A stretch of DNA of 23,272 nt, taken from Selaginella moellendorffii. Lineage: Eukaryota; Plantae; Lycopodiophyta. Shown one piece after another: positions 20,660 through 23,272 of this stretch. Position 1 is the stretch's first letter; each line of letters starts with the position of its first letter. The stretch spans positions 1 through 23,272 of the forward strand of contig NW_003314451.1 of assembly GCF_000143415.4 (NCBI RefSeq), given 5' to 3'. The translations under genes and the position numbers were made by a program. The notes under the pieces were generated by a model. It saw nothing but the letters and a program-made list of their open reading frames with translations, was not told where the DNA came from and made no database searches.

Positions 20660-22833
20660 ATGGCAGCAGCGAATTTGCTCGAGGCGATTCGAATCGCGGA
20701 CAAGGTTGGCACAAGATCCACGAACACAAACTCGAGCAAGGTCTGTAGAAACCAATGTAGGATCCTCATCGCGGCGGTCGGCTATGTCCGAGACTATCTC
20801 AAGCAAATCCAGGATCTCAACTTCGCGAGCAACAGGCGAGCCTTCGTATGGGACGAAACCGTGGCTGTCCTTAAAAGAGGCCTCCATCTCCTCAAGTCAT
20901 GCCAAGAGGGCGATTGGATCGCTCGGAGCCTGCTGTTTGAGGAAAGCTGCGATGATTTCCAGAGCATTTACGCCGAGATCTACAACTGCGTCGAGCTCGT
21001 CAGCGTCTATCTCTTTCAGCTGGCACCGTCCACCTCGCACAGATCCAGGATTGCCGAGGCTTACAACTCGTGCCTCATGAGGCAGAATTCGAGCAGCATG
21101 CTGGAAGAAGCCGGAAGGAACGATCGGAAGGAGCTCATGGCTCTCGCAATGAACCAAGAGCCGGGAAGCCTGACGACCGAGACAGAACGAGCCAAAGAGA
21201 TACTCTGCTCCATGCTCCTGGGAAACAAGTCAGTGATCAACCACAAGGAACTCAAGCTGAGAACACACCTGGGACAAGGAGCTTACGGAACCGTGTACGA
21301 AGCAATCTGGCTCGGTCACAAGTTCGCGGTGAAAGTCTTCGCTCAAGGTGACACCAGCTTCGCCAAAGAGCTCGCGGTTCTCGGAGCTCACAAGCATCCC
21401 AACGTGTTGCACATTGCCGGCCATTCTTTCGATGGAGAGAAGCGGCAGTACTCGCTGGTGATGGAGAAGATGGACATGGACCTGGCAAACTACCTCCTCA
21501 AGAAGAACTCCCTCTCGTTGCTGTCGATCGTGGCAGTGATGCTCCAAGTCGCTACTGGCATGGCTTGGCTTCACTCGAAGAACGTAATCCACCGGGACCT
21601 CAAGCCGCAGAACATCTTGGTTGGCGAAGAAGACAACGATCTCGTGAGTATCAGGATTGCCGACTTTGGAGTCTCGAGGCCCGATTTCATCTCCTCCCTC
21701 ATCAGCGAAGCCACCCCCAAGCAAGGCACCAGAAACTTCATGGCACCAGAAGTGTGGACCAGCGAGCGCTACACGAAGAAGGCCGACGTTTACAGCTACG
21801 GGATGCTGAGCTACCAGCTTGTCACTGGAAACATTCCGTTCAAGGTCGGGATGGACATGGAGCAAGTCCTTCGAGGCAAGCGTCCTGAGATACCAGCCAC
21901 CTGTCCAGAGTTCCTGTCGCAGCTCATGCGGGAATGCTGGAACCACGATGCGAAAGAGAGGCCTTCCTTCTCGGATATCTGCGAGCGGCTGAAGCAGCTC
22001 AAATCCAGGATCATCACTGGCACCGACTCCACCGACGAGCTACGAGCCAAGTTGGTTGAAGCAGCCAGGTCATCTTCCTCTTCTTCGTACTCGTCGTCTT
22101 CCTCGTCCTCGTCGCACAGCAGGACTCGAGTAAACCTGGATTCTCTTGTCCAAGCGACTGAGAAGCTTTGGACCCAAAATCCCCCGCCTTCCCGTGTCCA
22201 GGTAACTCTTTTGCTTTATGTAACTTCTGGAGCTCACCACCTTTGGGTTCAGCCGGTACCACACCGTCCTCACCACGTCGCACCATTACCAAAACCAGAT
22301 AAAAGGACCGAGCTCTTCGAACTGGTAAAGAACGGCCTCATCATAACGCCTTCGAGAAAGCTCTGTCCCTGAACGATCCTTCCACGGTCTNNNNNNNNNN
22401 NNNNNNNNNNNNNNNNNNNNNNNNNNNNNNNNNNNNNNNNNNNNNNNNNNNNNNNNNNNNNNNNNNNNNNNNNNNNNNNNNNNNNNNNNNCTCGTCCTTT
22501 GTCACTTAGGTGGACCATACCGTCCTGCTTGTCTTCAGTGAATCAATGCTCATGGAACTGGCCGAGCAAATGAACACCAACTTCAAGGAAGACACTGCTC
22601 GCAGGTTGCTCTGGCTCGACGAGATTGGAATCTTGCTGCTCAAAGACGTCAATGGATGGGCATGGTCATCACCTCGGATGCTGAGGATCCTGGAGCAGCT
22701 TTCACAGAACCTCCACGGCATGATGGCTACAACACCGTCAAAGAGCGAGCTGGGGATGAAGCTGGCGAAAGCGCTGGAAGGTACCAACGTGGGTCTCCAG
22801 GTTCGTATGAAGCTCTTCGTGTTATTCGTTTGA
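20660..22833 (+). CDS. Copy 2: MLKL-like helical domain - TKL/Raf-like protein kinase - EDC4/VARICOSE-C-like fusion (~673 aa if repaired). Exons 20660-22201, 22253-(gap), 22510-22833
   Basis: A 514-codon open exon 1 with GQGAYGTV, AVK, alphaC-E (FAKE), HRDLKPQN, DFG, GT..FMAPE, DVYSYG, ERPSF. A 51-bp GT-AG intron follows. Exon 3 comes after an AG acceptor and is conserved with copy 1. A 1-bp deletion at ~22344 gives a stop at 22372 as assembled. Confidence 0.85.
22391..22490. other. Assembly gap (100 N)
   Basis: Run of N. Alignment to copy 1 suggests only ~45 bp are missing (end of exon 2 and start of intron 2). Confidence 0.99.
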
Positions 22834-23086
22834 TTCAAATCGTTTGTCGTCGCAGCATGTCCGAGTTGCAGTGGACAGCAAAGCTCAATACATGAGAGTC
22901 CTCGGAGGATACTTTCCAGCGGAACACCGGTAGTTTCTGAGTATTTCGATGTTCTAATTTGCTTCAACCAATTCCCATTCTTGACTTTGAGTAAACGCCT
23001 ATCATCCTCTCATCCTGCCAGGGAAAACGTGAAGAATTCTTAAGAGACAAAAATCCAATTTAAAAGCTCTCACCATTCTTTAGTTC

Positions 23087-23272
23087 TTAAACTCGAGTAG
23101 ACGGTGAAGATCCCAACCTTTTCGATCTGGCAGCAGCAGTAGCAGCCTTGGCAGCTTCCGCAGCAGCGTAGACACCAGTAGTTCTCGTAGCCACAGCATC
23201 GAGGATCATCGATCTCCGCTCAAAGAACGATTTTGCCGCTTTCAACTTCTCGGGATCCCCATACTTGTATGG
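23087..23272 (-). CDS. 3' end of an unknown protein gene running off the window edge (partner gene, copy 2)
   Basis: Open frame PYKYGDPEKLKAAKSFFERRSMILDAVATRTTGVYAAAEAAKAATAAARSKRLGSSPSTRV*; homologous to the frameshifted 19930-20120 segment. Confidence 0.5.
   Translation of the reverse strand, partial: PYKYGDPEKLKAAKSFFERRSMILDAVATRTTGVYAAAEAAKAATAAARSKRLGSSPSTRV

Larger units (their letters stand above)
12683..23272 (+). repeat. Tandem segmental duplication of a two-gene module (copy 1 ~12683-20120+ including the gypsy insertion; copy 2 ~20633 to window end)
   Basis: Colinear high similarity from CGGCGCT(G/A)GTGGTGAT just upstream of each ATG through the exons, 3' UTR and the downstream minus-strand gene (19687-20120 vs 22862-23272). 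Confidence 0.93.

Noticed and set aside
20972-21024. The 53 bp absent from copy 1 as a lost intron
   Set aside because: The boundaries are not GT-AG, removal breaks the frame, and the segment is open and helical-looking in copy 2.
12683-23272. Two kinase copies as mis-assembled haplotypes
   Set aside because: Diverged upstream regions and introns, many indels, and gap-free sequence joining copy 1 to copy 2 favour true paralogs; long reads would be decisive.

Overview
Eukaryotic, almost certainly land-plant, genomic DNA. The 49-52 bp introns and the kinase type would fit a non-seed plant such as a lycophyte, but that is inference. The window holds four things. (1) An AT-rich, decayed left arm with hairpins and a possible Myb/SANT relic. 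(2) A very young, non-coding LTR retroelement on the minus strand (3341-10764, TSD ATGAG). (3) An older Ty3/gypsy element with a pseudogenised gag-pol (14796-19681). (4) A tandemly duplicated two-gene module. The + strand gene of that module, spliced over three exons, gives a ~673 aa protein: an N-terminal MLKL/HeLo-like helical domain, a TKL/Raf-like kinase with all catalytic motifs, a Ser-rich linker, and a C-terminal domain that resembles the EDC4/Ge-1/VARICOSE C-terminal P-body domain. The ORF track hides this fusion because introns split it. Copy 1 is a pseudogene (53-bp deletion, HRD->HWD, gypsy in the 3' UTR). Copy 2 is intact except for a 1-bp deletion next to an assembly gap. All domain calls are by-eye motif recognition; no database searches were run.
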